Shown in pieces: positions 1 through 12,191 of a stretch of 64,000 bases of DNA. Source of the DNA: Lama guanicoe. Lineage: Eukaryota. Under the pieces are notes generated by a model, which saw nothing but the letters and a program-made list of their open reading frames with translations, was not told where the DNA came from and searched no databases. The number at the start of each line of letters is the position of its first letter. Within the stretch, counting starts at the first letter, position 1. The DNA lies in NCBI GenBank assembly GCA_013239625.1, contig MU053379.1, positions 1,420,974-1,484,973 on the forward strand, in the 5' to 3' direction. Made by a program: the position numbers and the translations under genes.

Positions 1-143
1 AAGGTTCTTCTTGGAAAGTGCACTCCTTTGACTCCTTTCCATAAAATGTGAAGTCAATTTCTTTTTCTATTTTGAATCATGAAAGTGAAGTCTGGCAGCC
101 CCACTTCCTGTGGAGCGGAAAGATCTGAGTGTGTGGCCTCGGG

Positions 144-1060
144 TTTTTTTTTTTTTACATAATATTTTTATTGAAGTATAGTCAACTTACAATGTTGTGT
201 TAGTTTCTGGTGTACAGCATAATGCTTCAGTCAGACGTGAACATGCATGTATTCATTTTCATATTCTTTTTCACCGTAAATTGCTAGATATTGAATATAG
301 TTTCCTGCTTTATACACTATGAACTTGTTTATCTATTCTATGTATGTCAGTACCTGCAAATCTTGAACTCCCAATTTATCCCTTCCTCTCTCCTCCCCTC
401 TGTCCGGTAACCACAAGTTCGTTCTCTATGTCTGAGAGCCTGTTTCTGTTTTGCAAGTAACTTCGTCTGTCTTTTTTTTTTTTAAGATTCCTCATATAAA
501 TGATATCATATGATATTTTTCTTTATCTTCCTGGCTTACTTTCATGTAGTATGACCATCTCCAGGTCCATCCATGTTGCTGTAAATGGCATTATTTTATT
601 ATTGTTTATGGCTGAGTGGTATTCCATTATATAAATATACCACAGCTTCTTTATCCAGTCATTTGTCAATGGGCATTTATGTTGTTTCCATGTCTTGGCT
701 ATTGTAAATAGTGCTGCTATGAACATTGGTGTGCATGTGTCTTTTTGAATTAAGTTTCCCTCCAGATAAATGCCCAGGAGTGGGATTGCAGGATCATATG
801 GTACATCTATTTTTAGTCTTTTGAGGAATCTCCACTGTTTTCCATAGTGGCTGCAGCAAACTCCATTCCCACCAGCAGTGTAGGAGGGTTCCCTTTTCTC
901 TACAGCCTCTCCAGCATTTATCATTTGTGAACTTCTGAATGATGGCCGTTCTGACTGGTGTGAGGTGATACCTCATTGTAGTTTTGATTTGCAGTTCTCT
1001 GATAATTAGCAATATTGAGCATATTTCCATGTGCCTGTTGGCCATCTGTTTGTCTTCACT
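144..1060 (-). mobile_element. 5'-truncated LINE-1 (3'UTR + ORF2 C-terminus), relatively young
   Basis: Poly-T at 144-157 followed by an antisense L1 3'UTR. ORFs 523-924 and 794-1045 encode ORF2 C-terminal motifs (YDPAIPLLGIY, CTPMFIAALFTIAKTW, MRYHLTPVR). Imperfect TSD gtggcctcgggttttt (~133) / gtggccttgttttt (~1062). Confidence 0.95.
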
Positions 1061-1694
1061 GGTGGCCTTGTTTTTATTTCCGCGTCCCCAGCTCCGGGGA
1101 GTGATGTGTCTGACACGGAGGACCCCAAGCCGTGGTTCTGCCTGGGAGCGCTTTTGATTTCACTGAGGCCAGAGGCCACTGCTGACTGTTGTGCCATTGC
1201 TGGGTCATGAAACCTTCGGGGAATAAGTACAATTTCTATGAAATTTTGTTTCCAAATCCAAACTAGATCTGGCCTTATGCTCTGTGGAGTCTTTTTTTTT
1301 TCTTTTCTTTCATTTCAGATTGCCCCTTTGCCCCTTCTTTTTCTCCTGGGACTAGTCTCTTATTGTCATTTTTAAAATTTCATGCCATTATTGTCTTACC
1401 TGGAAAGTACCAGGTTAGAAATGTTATTTTTCATTAGTAGGTTTTTATAATATTCCTGGGTAGAAAGATATTTTTGTAGAAACGGTTCTTTTCCTGTCTT
1501 TTATTTTTCTCATGAGCCATAAAATAGCATTTTTGTATCACTTTCTGTTATGTATAAGACATAAAATCAATACCTTTTAAAAAATTAGAAGTTTAAGCAA
1601 AAGTTTAAGTTACATTCAAGTTGCTTTTGACAGTACTCTCTCATTCCCAGAGCTAATACCATTAATAAGCTTTATGAGTTTTCTTCTAGACTTT

Positions 1695-3753
1695 ATAAAA
1701 ATACATTTACTTACACATACTGATAGGAAATATACGTGGTATCTCTGAGTGTGTTTATGTGCTTATGTTATATTATTTAAAAAAACTGTAAAATATACAT
1801 AATATAAAACTTACCATTTTAATCAGTTTATTGTTTTCGTGAGTACAATTCAGTGCCATTAAGGACATTAACATTGTTTTGCGTTGCCACCACCTTCTAT
1901 CTCCAGACCTTTTTCATCTTCCTAGACCGATACTCTGCCCATTAAACACTAACCCCCTTTCCCCTCCTCCCAGCCCCTGGTAACCAGTCTTTTTGTCTCT
2001 ATGAATTTGACTTCCCTAGAGACCTCAAGTAAGTTGAATCATACAATATTTGTCCTTTGTGCCTGGCTTTTTTCGCTTAGCATAATGTATTCAGGGTTCA
2101 TCGTGCTGTAGCATGTATCATAATTTCATTCCTTTTCAAGGCCAAATCATATTCTGTTGTATGTATAGAGCACATTTTGTTGATTCGTTGGTCCACTGAC
2201 GGACATTTGGGTTGTTTCCACTTTTGGCTGTAGTGAATAACGCTGCTGTGGACATGAGTGTACAAATATCTGTTCGACTCCCTGCTTTCCATTTTTTGGG
2301 CGTATACTTAGAAATGGATTATATTCATAATTCTTCATTTTATTTTTTGAGGACTTGCTGTATCATTTCCCACAGTGGCCGTACCATTTCACATTCCCAC
2401 CAACAGTGCACAAGGGTTCCAGTTTCTCCACATCCTCCCCAGCACTTGTTATTTCCTGGTTTTGCTTTTTTAAAACAGTAGTCACCCTCATGGGTGTGAG
2501 GTGATGTCTTATTGCGGTTTTGATTTGCTTTTCTCTCATGCCTAGTGATGCTGAGCATCTTTTAATGTGCTTAATGGCCATTTCTTACATCTTTTTTGGG
2601 GAAATAGCTATCCAGGTGCTTTGCGCATTTTTGAACTGGGCTGTTTGTTTTGTTGGTGAGTTGTTGGAATTCTTTGTCTATTCTGGACATTAACCTTTTG
2701 TCAGGTATATGATTTGAAAATCTCTTCTCCCATTCTGTGGGTTGTCTTTTCATTCTTAATTGTGTCCTTTGATGCACAGAAGTTTTACGTTTTGATGAAG
2801 TCCGGTTTATGGACTTCTTCTGTTGGCAGTGTGGTTGGTGTCATAACCAAGAAATTGTTGCCAAACCCAATGTCATGAAGGTTTTCTCCTATGAGTTTTC
2901 CTTCAGAGTTTTGTAATTGAGCTCTTAATGTTTATTTTCACTAAATTTTTGTGTGTGGTGTGAAATGACTCTTGTGAGGTTTTGTTTGCTTGCAGACAGG
3001 TTGGAGGAACAGAACCACAGACTTTGTTCTGGAGCCGTGTGAGAGCAAGCGGCTCACCTGATGCCCCATCACCCCCAGAACATGAGCGTGTTTCCTGCCA
3101 ACAAAGACATTGTCTTACAGAAGTCCAAAGCATCCATTAAAATCAGAAAGTTATCATTGGCATTTTAATACCCTCTGATCCTCAGACCCCGCTCACATTT
3201 CAGCCGTNNNNNNNNNNNNNNNNNNNNNNNNNNNNNNNNNNNNNNNNNNNNNNNNNNNNNNNNNNNNNNNNNNNNNNNNNNNNNNNNNNNNNNNNNNNNN
3301 NNNNNNNNNNNNNNNNNNNNNNNNNNNNNNNNNNNNNNNNNNNNNNNNNNNNNNNNNNNNNNNNNNNNNNNNNNNNNNNNNNNNNNNNNNNNNNNNNNNN
3401 NNNNNNNNNNNNNNNNNNNNNNNNNNNNNNNNNNNNNNNNNNNNNNNNNNNNNNNNNNNNNNNNNNNNNNNNNNNNNNNNNNNNNNNNNNNNNNNNNNNN
3501 NNNNNNNNNNNNNNNNNNNNNNNNNNNNNNNNNNNNNNNNNNNNNNNNNNNNNNNNNNNNNNNNNNNNNNNNNNNNNNNNNNNNNNNNNNNNNNNNNNNN
3601 NNNNNNNNNNNNNNNNNNNNNNNNNNNNNNNNNTGTGAATATATGTATCAGAGATACATGCATATATCAAAACTGCTTTTGATTAGTTGTTCTCCTTTTG
3701 ACGGCCTCAGGGGTTGTGGCGGTGATTTGCTGTTCCGAACAACAATGCGAAAA
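1695..3753 (+). repeat. Tandem duplication, copy 1 (contains the 426-N gap)
   Basis: 1695-3207 matches 3761-5272 and 3634-3753 matches 5763-5887, with about 15 differences seen by eye. Confidence 0.95.
1785..2975 (-). mobile_element. Older LINE-1 3' fragment (L1MB-like), copy 1
   Basis: Frameshifted ORF2 C-terminal peptides ([29 protein letters not shown]) plus an L1M-type 3'UTR. Confidence 0.9.
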
Positions 3754-3850
3754 GAAAATAATAAAAATACATTTACTTACACATACTGATAGGAAATATA
3801 CGTGGTATCTCTGAGTGTGTTTATGTGCTTATGTTATATTATTTAAAAAA

Positions 3851-5040
3851 ACTGTAAAATATACATAATATAAAACTTACCATTTTAATCAGTTTATTGT
3901 TTTCGTGAGTACAATTCAGTGCCATTAAGGACATTAACATTGTTTTGCGTTGCCACCACCTTCTATCTCCAGACCTTTTTCATCTTCCTAGACCGATACT
4001 CTGCCCATTAAACACTAACCCCCTTTCCCCTCCTCCCAGCCCCTGGTAACCAGTCTTTTTGTCTCTATGAATTTGACTTCCCTAGAGACCTCAAGTAAGT
4101 TGAATCATACAATATTTGTCCTTTGTGCCTGGCTTTTTTCGCTTAGCATAATGTATTCAGGGTTCATCGTGCTGTAGCATGTATCATAATTTCATTCCTT
4201 TTCAAGGCCAAATCATATTCTGTTGTATGTATAGAGCACATTTTGTTGATTCGTTCGTCCACTGACGGACATTTGGGTTGTTTCCACTTTTGGCTGTAGT
4301 GAATAACGCTGCTGTGGACATGAGTGTACAAATATCTGTTCGACTCCCTGCTTTCCATTTTTTGGGCGTATACTTAGAAATGGATTATATTCATAATTCT
4401 TCATTTTATTTTTTGAGGACTTGCTGTATCATTTCCCACAGTGGCCGTACCATTTCACATTCCCACCAACAGTGCACAAGGGTTCCAGTTTCTCCACATC
4501 CTCCCCAGCACTTGTTATTTCCTGGTTTTGCTTTTTTAAAACAGTAGTCACCCTCATGGGTGTGAGGTGATGTCTTATTGCGGTTTTGATTTGCTTTTCT
4601 CTCATGCCTAGTGATGCTGAGCATCTTTTAATGTGCTTAATGGCCATTTCTTACATCTTTTTTGGGGAAATAGCTATCCGGGTGCTTTGCCCATTTTTGA
4701 ACTGGGCTGTTTGTTTTGTTGGTGAGTTGTTGGAATTCTTTGTCTATTCTGGACATTAACCTTTTGTCAGGTATATGATTTGAAAATCTCTTCTCCCATT
4801 CTGTGGGTTGTCTTTTCATTCTTAATTGTGTCCTTTGATGCACAGAAGTTTTACGTTTTGATGAAGTCCAGTTTATGGACTTCTTCTGTTGACAGTGTGG
4901 TTGGTGTCATAACCAAGAAATTGTTGCCAAATCCAATGTCATGAAGGTTTTCTCCTATGTTTTCCTTCAAGAGTTTTGTAATTGAGCTCTTAATGTTTAT
5001 TTTCACTAAATTTTTGTGTGTGGTGTGAAATGACTCTTGT
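3851..5040 (-). mobile_element. Older LINE-1 3' fragment (L1MB-like), copy 2
   Basis: Duplicate of 1785-2975. Confidence 0.9.
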
Positions 5041-5114
5041 GAGGTTTTGTTTGCTTGCAGACAAGTTGGAGGAACAGAACCACAGACTTTGTTCTGGAGT
5101 CGTGTGAGAGCAAG

Positions 5115-5460
5115 CTGCTCACCTGATGCCCCATCACCCCCAGAACATGAGCGTGTTTCCTGCCAACAAAGACATTGTCTTACAGAAGTCCAAAGCATCC
5201 ATTAAAATCAGAAAGTTATCATTGGCATTTTAATACCCTCTGATCCTCAGACCCTGCTCACATTTCAGCCGTTATCCCAGTAGCTGGGCTTTCCTGGTGG
5301 TTCAGAATCACGTGTTGCACTCAGTTGTCGGACGTCCTTAGTTTCCTTCACTCTAGATCAGCTCCTTAATCTTTCCTTCATTTCCATGACCTTGACTCCT
5401 GCGAAGAGTACAGGCCAGTTGTTTTGAAATATGTTCCTCATTTTGGGTTTCCTTAGGATT
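5115..5460 (-). mobile_element. Ancient L1 3'UTR fragment (L1MC4/5-like)
   Basis: Resembles remembered L1MC 3'UTR motifs (catgaccttgac...gaagagtacaggccagttgttttg). Confidence 0.6.
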
Positions 5461-5469
5461 ACATTTAGG

Positions 5470-5634
5470 GTGCATGTGTGTATGTGTCCATACGTACAAG
5501 TGTGTGCACGTGCACACATGCATTATGTGCGCACATACGTGTGTGTATGTGCATGTGTGCACATGTATGCGTATGCAAGTGTACATGTGCACACATGTAG
5601 AAGTGTGTGTATGTATGTGCATGTGTGCACATGC
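5470..5634. repeat. Degenerate alternating purine-pyrimidine (TG/CA/TA) repeat
   Basis: gtgcatgtgtgtatgtg...gtgtgcacatgc; it accounts for the H/T/C/V/M-rich spurious ORFs here. Confidence 0.9.
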
Positions 5635-8180
5635 CCTTGACCTGGGTGGTGCTGCACTGCACTTACTTCCTGGATCGTGCTTCTTTCCCCACCCAGCAGT
5701 GTCACTGAGTGTTGCATCTACAGCTGTTTCACTCATTTTAGCTGCAAGATAGGATTCGGTCATGTGAATATACCGAGTGTATCAGAGATACATGCATATA
5801 TCAAAACTACTTTTGATTAGTTGTTCTCCTTTTGACGGCCTTAGGGGTTGTGGCGGTGTTTTGCTGTTCCGAACAACAATGCGAAAATCGTCCTTGTTTA
5901 CATTTCTTTTGTTGATGTAGAGTTTCTAAGCAATAGACCTTTATTATCATTTTTAAATTTGAACTGTCTCAAGCATGCTGAAGGTACGGAGGGTGACAGA
6001 ACCGCACTGAACTGCAGCAGATGTTAACATTGGCTCTAAGATCTTTCAGTTGGTAAAGTTGTCACCCCATTCAGTACATGGGGGCTTTACTGAGACTCGC
6101 TCAACGTTGGTGTCTCACGGAGTGAGAATTACTGTTAGTGATGAAATTGCCTCAGAAGTAAGTTTTTTAAGGGAGAGGTATTTTGGGAAAAGAAGTCGAT
6201 TTAAAAACCAGAAAGTGAAGGCCTACCACCCAGATGTGAACCATGAATAAAATACCACGTAGGCCCAGCCAGCTTTTCTCTTAGGCTTCCTTTGTGTCTT
6301 TCTTAATAGCATTTAATAAAATGAAACAGGAGGAGGACTCACCGAAGGTTAAGAATAATGGACCTGAAAGACTTGCTTGGCGCCTGGGGAGGCTGTTTCT
6401 TAGCTTGGATCCCCTCCAGGGCTCTGGCATCAGGCGAGTGAGAAGTGCCTTCAGGAATCCATTGCACGCCGGCTTCCATCCCCAGGGTAGATTTGTGAGA
6501 AGTCAGTTCCACACTCGCATGTGATGTCAGGTTAATCAAGGGAAGGAGGAAGGACGGAATCCGGTCAGAGCCCAGCTTGCGCCATGAGCCACGGCCCGTG
6601 GGATTCTCCAAAGAGAAATGAGCACGTAAGTTCAGGACTTGGAGGGCGGTGGTGGGGAGTGGGGGCAGGCACCGCCTTGGAGCTTGCTGAGGCGTCTCAC
6701 TTGTCACCTGAGGAGATGGGACCACGGAGAAGGAGGCTCCTGCCTCCTGATTCCCGCACCTGCCAGAGACGCTGCGGGTCGCGCTGGTCCGCAGAGCCCT
6801 GGACCGCTCACAGCCCTCGGCCAGGAGCGGGGCGTGCGGCCGGCAAGGGTGTCTCCCCGCAGAAGTGGAGAAATGCGATGGCCTGAAACAGCAGCTCCGA
6901 CGGGCTGTGGAGACGCGGGCTCAGGACCTAGCGGTGAAGTCTCCACCTCTTGTCACTGGGCGTTTCCAGGGTGTCGGTCTTAACGCTAAGTGACATCCTT
7001 AGGAGAGCGCCCCCTGGCTTGTCTGGTAACAGTGGGCGACGGGAACCACGGAGGCCTCTTAGTGTTGAAACTGCAGAGGAGCCCTGCTCCTGGCTGAAGT
7101 GGTGTTTGGTGGCGATGTGGCTTTCACTGTTTAAGTCATGCTGCCTGGATTGTGGGGAGAAAAAAGGGAAGACGCTCCAGCCCGAAGGACTGTGGCAGCG
7201 ACAGTAACTGCACCAGCAGCTAGTTTGGGGCTTCTGGGGAGTCGCTGTACTGTTTGAAGTTCTGTATATTTTAAGGCTATAAATAGGAAACGGCAGTGTT
7301 CCACATCCAGCCGGGCGGTCGCCGCAGTGGGGTTCCGGTGTACAGAGGAATCCTGAGGGTTTGCTGGCCGCTGTCTGGGGTGCAGCGTTTTTGGCATTTG
7401 AAGTGGTGCCGTCTGGGGCCTCAGACCGCTGCTGCGGGCCTGCAGGCCGGCAGGTGCCGTGTCAGGGGGACCAGCTCACGTTCGTCCCCAAGGCTGGAAA
7501 GAGACCAAGGCAGAAGTGAGCCCTCTCTGGGCAAAGGTGAGAGCAGGGAGGCCATGTCTGACCTTCCCCCTTCACCTTGTCTTATGGCTGCAAGGCCCAG
7601 GATGAGCTGGTAGCTGGCTTTGGTCTGGCATTTTTTCCTTAGGAGGCTGATGTACCCTTGGTGGTAGAACGTTACCGTGAGCTTGTGCTGCGGACGCGCC
7701 AGGGTGAGCCTGTGGTCAGCATCTGGTGGGGAGGGAGGGAGGGTTTCCAGGCCTCTTGTGGCCCAGGTCTACTGTTCACCCTGTCTGCCTCTCTATCAAA
7801 GCCTGTGGCGATACCCGAAATGCAGAGTGTAGCTTTGTCCTTCCTTGATTCTCCCTCCCGAAGGCCCCTGATGAGTCTGGAGGAAGGAAGAGTCCTCAGC
7901 AGGGCTGGCATTTGGGTTCCAGAGAATTCTGGCCTGACTGCTGCCGGGTGACCTTGGCCACATCACCCAGCCCCTCAGATTTGGTGTCTTTCTGGGCCAG
8001 GTCAGGGGCCTTTCTGGCTCTAGGAATGCGTGATTCTGAAGTGTTGAGAGTTGGCCGTTTGTGGGACCTCCTTCATCTGCTCTCCCTGGCTCTCTGTTGA
8101 CACTGTTCGTTTGGTTTTTCAGGCTCACACTCAGAACAGTTTCACAGTCTCCCCTGGGGACTCTTAGGAACTGGGCTCCC

Positions 8181-8322
8181 TTTTTTAAAAAAAGTTAATT
8201 AATTTTTTTGGAGGGGGGAGGTAATCAGATTATTTATTTATTTAGATGGAGGTACCGGGGATTGAACCCAGGGCCTCGTGCATGCTAAGCATGTGCTCTA
8301 CCACTGAGCTGGACCCTCCCCC
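8181..8322 (-). mobile_element. tRNA-derived SINE (camelid Vic-1-like)
   Basis: Reverse strand has an A box (agctcagtgg), a B box (ggttcaatcc) and an A-rich tail; short TSD gctccct. Confidence 0.9.
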
Positions 8323-8689
8323 GTGCTCCCTGATGGAAATCAGATGCCAGCAGAGGAGGGCGCGTCAGTGCTCCACGTCAGCCCTGCCCCTCTTAAACGG
8401 ACCACTTGCACTGGGCTCTAACCTCAGCTTAGTGGAACAAAGCGAAGCCCTACCAGCGGGGAACGGAATCCTGTCTTCCTCTGCTTCTCTAATCAGTCAA
8501 TCCGAAAGTCTCAAAGGCCAAGTATTTCAGAAATAACAAATGCAAGTGACATTTGCATTACAAATATCTGTCTTCCAAAATGCATTGCAGTTTTTGGGGC
8601 TTTGTGTAGGAGGGTGATTTCTGTACTCGACTATGACTGTGTGTCAAAATTGGTTCAGTGTTCTCCCCTTATTTCCTTCCCACCAATAT

Positions 8690-9400
8690 TTGCTGTCACT
8701 TTTCAGGTGCTGGATTCCTTGCGAGTCATGGGTACAAGGAAGAGAAGTAAGGCCTGGTGTCTTCAGAAGGCTTGCATTTTAATGAAGTTCTGAGGGGACA
8801 TCACTGGCCTGGTGCGGAGGGAGAGAGTGGAATGCAGAGAGCCTTGGGTGGAGAGTGGTCGTCAGAATGTGTCTATGAGCAGATGTCAGACATCTGAGTT
8901 GCATCTTGAGAAATGAGGAGTCTTGAGAGGTGGGGCGGAAGCTGTAAGCACGAACGAGTGGAGGGAGGCGGAACCTGCCTGGTGGGGTAATAAGCGGTTG
9001 ATTCTGGTGGGGCAGGAATGCTGTGTGTGGTGGGGAGGCTGGCGAGCCTGGGGAGGCAGGCGGATGACGTCGGTGGGCAGTGTCCCGGTCGGGACTTGAG
9101 GCTGGGTCCTCTGGCGGGGGGCAGCCACTGTGGAGAGTTCAGCAGGATGAGAAGGTCACGTTTGCTCTTGCAGCAGGGTGGCAGGTAGATGGGACTGGGC
9201 AGGACAGGAGAGGCAGTGGGCCTGAGAGGTGAGCCCTGCCCCAGTCCAGCAAGGCAGGAGCAGAGTGTGAACCAGACGGCAGGGGTGATGGTGAGGCAGA
9301 GAATTGGGGACTGGTGGATAGTGGAGGATGGGGGTGGTCAGGGATAGCTTGGGTTTCTGGTGGAGGTGACTAGGGGATGGTGGAGTCATTGTCCTGGACG
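8690..9400 (-). mobile_element. Degenerate LINE-2 fragment
   Basis: GA-rich L2-like motifs (gacatctgagttgcatcttgagaaatgaggag; ggtttctgg...gactaggggatggtggagtcatt). Confidence 0.55.
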
Positions 9401-9691
9401 GGGCCCTCGTCAGAAGCCGTACCTCTAAAAGATCTCTTCTGTTCCCAGAGTTATTGTGGGTCCTACAGGACCAGCTCTGTTTGTACGTCTGTCTCTTCTC
9501 TCTGCTGCTCTCAGTTTTCCTCAAGTGCCTAGTGACCCTTGGATGTTGGTTCGTATTTATGGATCAAGGACCAGGTCACTTGCTGTAGGAAGCTGGTGCA
9601 GTTTGCTCATCACTTGCTGAGTGCCAGCTGCAGGATCGGTGGCCGTGGGTGGGCAGTTGTGCCCGGCGCCTGGTGGCCACAGTCTAAGCTG

Positions 9692-9835
9692 CTGGTTCTC
9701 ACCCTCAGATGTGCACTACAGTAACCGGCGGTGTGAGAATTCCCGTTGCCTAGGCTGCACCCAGACCAGAGACACCAGAATCTCCCGGGGTGGGACCAGA
9801 GGTGGTTCTGGTCTGCAGCCAAGGGTAGGACCAAG
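9692..9835. mobile_element. MER5-like hAT MITE remnant
   Basis: Starts tggttctca; contains cacccagacc...cagaatctcccggggtggg; ends tgcagccaagggtaggacca. Confidence 0.55.
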
Positions 9836-10539
9836 GGCCTGGGCTGTAGAGGGAGGGCCCGGGAGGACAGCCCTGGCCCTGGCCCGGCCTTGGCGGGAGC
9901 CTGTTACCTGGGACATCCGCAGAGCTCGCTAGATCACTTGCAGGCACAATACCAGACTCTGTTCAGGAAAAATGCTTTTGAAGTTACTACCATGTGAGAC
10001 TTCTTCCTTTCATCCATGGTCTCTGGACTTGCACGGTGCTTTTCATTTGCTATTTAATATCATTCTCACCAAAGACAAGTTAAAAATTTAAGTTGTCGAC
10101 ATGGATTTATTGTGTATATTGTCCAGTGCCATTTTAAAATGCAAACTTGACTTGTGTATGGACTCAGTGAAGAACTCCCTGACCTGCTTCTGTTCGTTTC
10201 TCGCTACGCGAGTGCCAGCACTCTGCCTTCGGTTTACTGACAAGTCAGGACAGGACTCCGTGTCGCCTTGTTTTCCCTTTTCCCTTTTCCTTCTGTGTCA
10301 TTATGTTCTGGGTGGGCAGGGCCAGCACAGGAGAGGTTCTTGGGGGATCCCTTGGCCGTTCATGTTTCTTACACGCTGTTGATCTGTCTCTGCATTAATC
10401 AAATGTGCTGTCTGTTTCTCCCACTAGAATATAAGCTCCCCAAGGGCAGCGATCTTAGGCCGGTTAAGGGAAGGCATTTTCAGAATTAAATAGTTGATAT
10501 TTACGGTGTAAGAAAACAGTATGTTATGAAGTAGACATT

Positions 10540-10920
10540 ACACATTAAAGGCAGATGGAAAGATTTCTCAATAAGCAGTAATTGGGCAACAGGTTGACAA
10601 TTATGGAAAAATTAATCATTTTAGATCCTTCCTTTTTACTAGACCTTAAAATAAATTCCAGTGGAATCAAAGAGATAAATGTAATTAAAAAAGAAAACTC
10701 GCAGAGCATACTGGCCTTCCTAAGTAGAAAGTGTATTCCAACAAACAGTTACAAAAACAGATGGTGCTGGCCGAGCAAGAGAGCAGCCTCCTGCCGGGCC
10801 AGATGAGAGACCTGAAAGGAGCCCCATTGCTTACGAGAAGTTCGGTTCATACTAAAGATGGTGTTTCACATCAGGGCAAGAGGTTGGTTTTCATCAAAGG
10901 TGTTAAGACAGTTGGTTAAT
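10540..10920 (+). mobile_element. Ancient L1 (L1ME-like) ORF2 fragments
   Basis: aaaataaattccagtggaatcaaagagataaatgtaa and neighbouring decayed ORF2-like sequence. Confidence 0.55.
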
Positions 10921-11132
10921 TTCAAAACCTGACTGCAGCAGGGAGATGCATTTGTGCAGGAAACGCAGCGGCTGTGTTGTTGGGTGAAGCACGCACACCT
11001 CCAGAGAGTACGCGCGGCGCGATTCCGGTTTTGTGAAAGCAGAGGCCGTCTGTTGGTGTGCAGCTCACTTACCTGCCTCCCACGGTCACGGACCTGCTGC
11101 CTGATGCATTCTGGTAAGGAGAGGATTTATCT

Positions 11133-11478
11133 TTTTAAGAAATGGATATATAATTGTCATAAAACATTGTATTAGTTTCAGACGTACAGCACAGTGATTT
11201 GATATTTGTATATAGTGTGAAGTGATCACAATGAATCTAGTTAACACCCATCACCATACATAGTTATCCTTTTTTTTTCTTATGATAAGAACTCTTAAGA
11301 TCTGTTCTCTTAGCAGCTTCCAGATATGCAACACAGTGTGATTAACTGTGGTCACCATGCTGTACATTACATCCCGGGACTTACTTATTTTATAGCTGGA
11401 AGTTTGTACCTTTGGACCCCTTTTCCCCATTTCGCCCGTCTCCCACCCTGCTCCTCTGGCAACCACCGATCTGTTGAT
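11133..11478 (-). mobile_element. LINE-1 3'UTR fragment
   Basis: Typical L1 3' end (ttaactgtggtcaccatgctgtacattacatccc...gctggaagtttgtacc). Confidence 0.85.
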
Positions 11479-11559
11479 GCTCTGCGGGGCTCGGCTGGCT
11501 GCAGTCCTGGTTAGTGTTGGGACTCCTGGGTCCTGGTGGAAGGGTGTTCTCTAGGCAGC

Positions 11560-11672
11560 CTGCCCCACCCTGAGACTGACCAGTGTAATTTTTCTGGGGG
11601 GTGATCTGAGCATCAAGGCTTCTCAAAACTCCCCAGGTGATTCCAGTGTGCAGCTGATGCTGAAAACCTCTG
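11560..11672. mobile_element. MER5-like hAT MITE remnant
   Basis: ctccccaggtgattccagtgtgcagctgatgctgaaaacctctg matches a MER5 terminus. Confidence 0.6.
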
Positions 11673-12166
11673 TTCTTGTTGGATCTGGCAAGAGTTCCTC
11701 CTCCTGGGGCCTAACACGATCCAGGCCAAGAGCCCCTCGGAAGGATTAGGGCACAGGGCTCACCAGATTCTTACAGAGACAGAGAGAGACGTGCCTCAGC
11801 AGTACCTCTGCCCAGCCCATTTATTAAAGTGCGGAATACCCGCCAGGGCCATCTGCCCAGAGGACGGAGATGGGCCTTTAGCCACTGGTTTCTGCCCTCA
11901 TTGCCTTTCCAAGCAGGCCAGCGGGCTCCCCTGGCTTCCGAGAAGGCCCCGATGCAAAAAGACACTCTGCCTGCTTGAGGGTGGGGGTCCCAGGGCAGGA
12001 TGGCCGCGGGCACTCACAAGGGTCTGTGTCTGTCTTTGCATATTCTCATGCACCCCATCTTTAAGTGCTCTTCTAGGAGTTTGGGGGTCTTCTTAAATTA
12101 TGGTTGTAAGAATAAAATACTCTCTGAAGCAGTGAGGGAAGCCTCATTTCTGCTTTGTGTTTTCAG

Positions 12167-12191
12167 TCTGATGGAAGAGCTGCGAGGGAGA
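12167..12191 (+). other. Candidate 25-nt micro-exon
   Basis: ctcat branch-like motif, tttctgctttgtgttttcAG acceptor, exon TCTGATGGAAGAGCTGCGAGGGAGA, GTAAGT donor; lies in unique sequence. No transcript evidence. Confidence 0.35.

Larger units (their letters stand above)
3761..5887 (+). repeat. Tandem duplication, copy 2 (2127 bp, fully sequenced)
   Basis: Direct repeat of 1695-3753. The ORF track is duplicated at an offset of 2066. Confidence 0.95.

Noticed and set aside
3193..3670. Two 156-aa ORFs
   Set aside because: Artefacts of translating the N gap.
5353..5763. His/Cys/Thr/Val-rich ORFs
   Set aside because: Translations of the TG/CA low-complexity repeat.
8245..8322. tRNA-like sequences (here and at the six other SINE copies)
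   Set aside because: They are diverged SINE heads with A-rich tails and, in several cases, TSDs; not tRNA genes.
8538..8559. Octamer ATTTGCAT within a small inverted repeat (ATGCAAAT also at ~13767)
   Set aside because: A few 8-mer hits are expected by chance in 64 kb.
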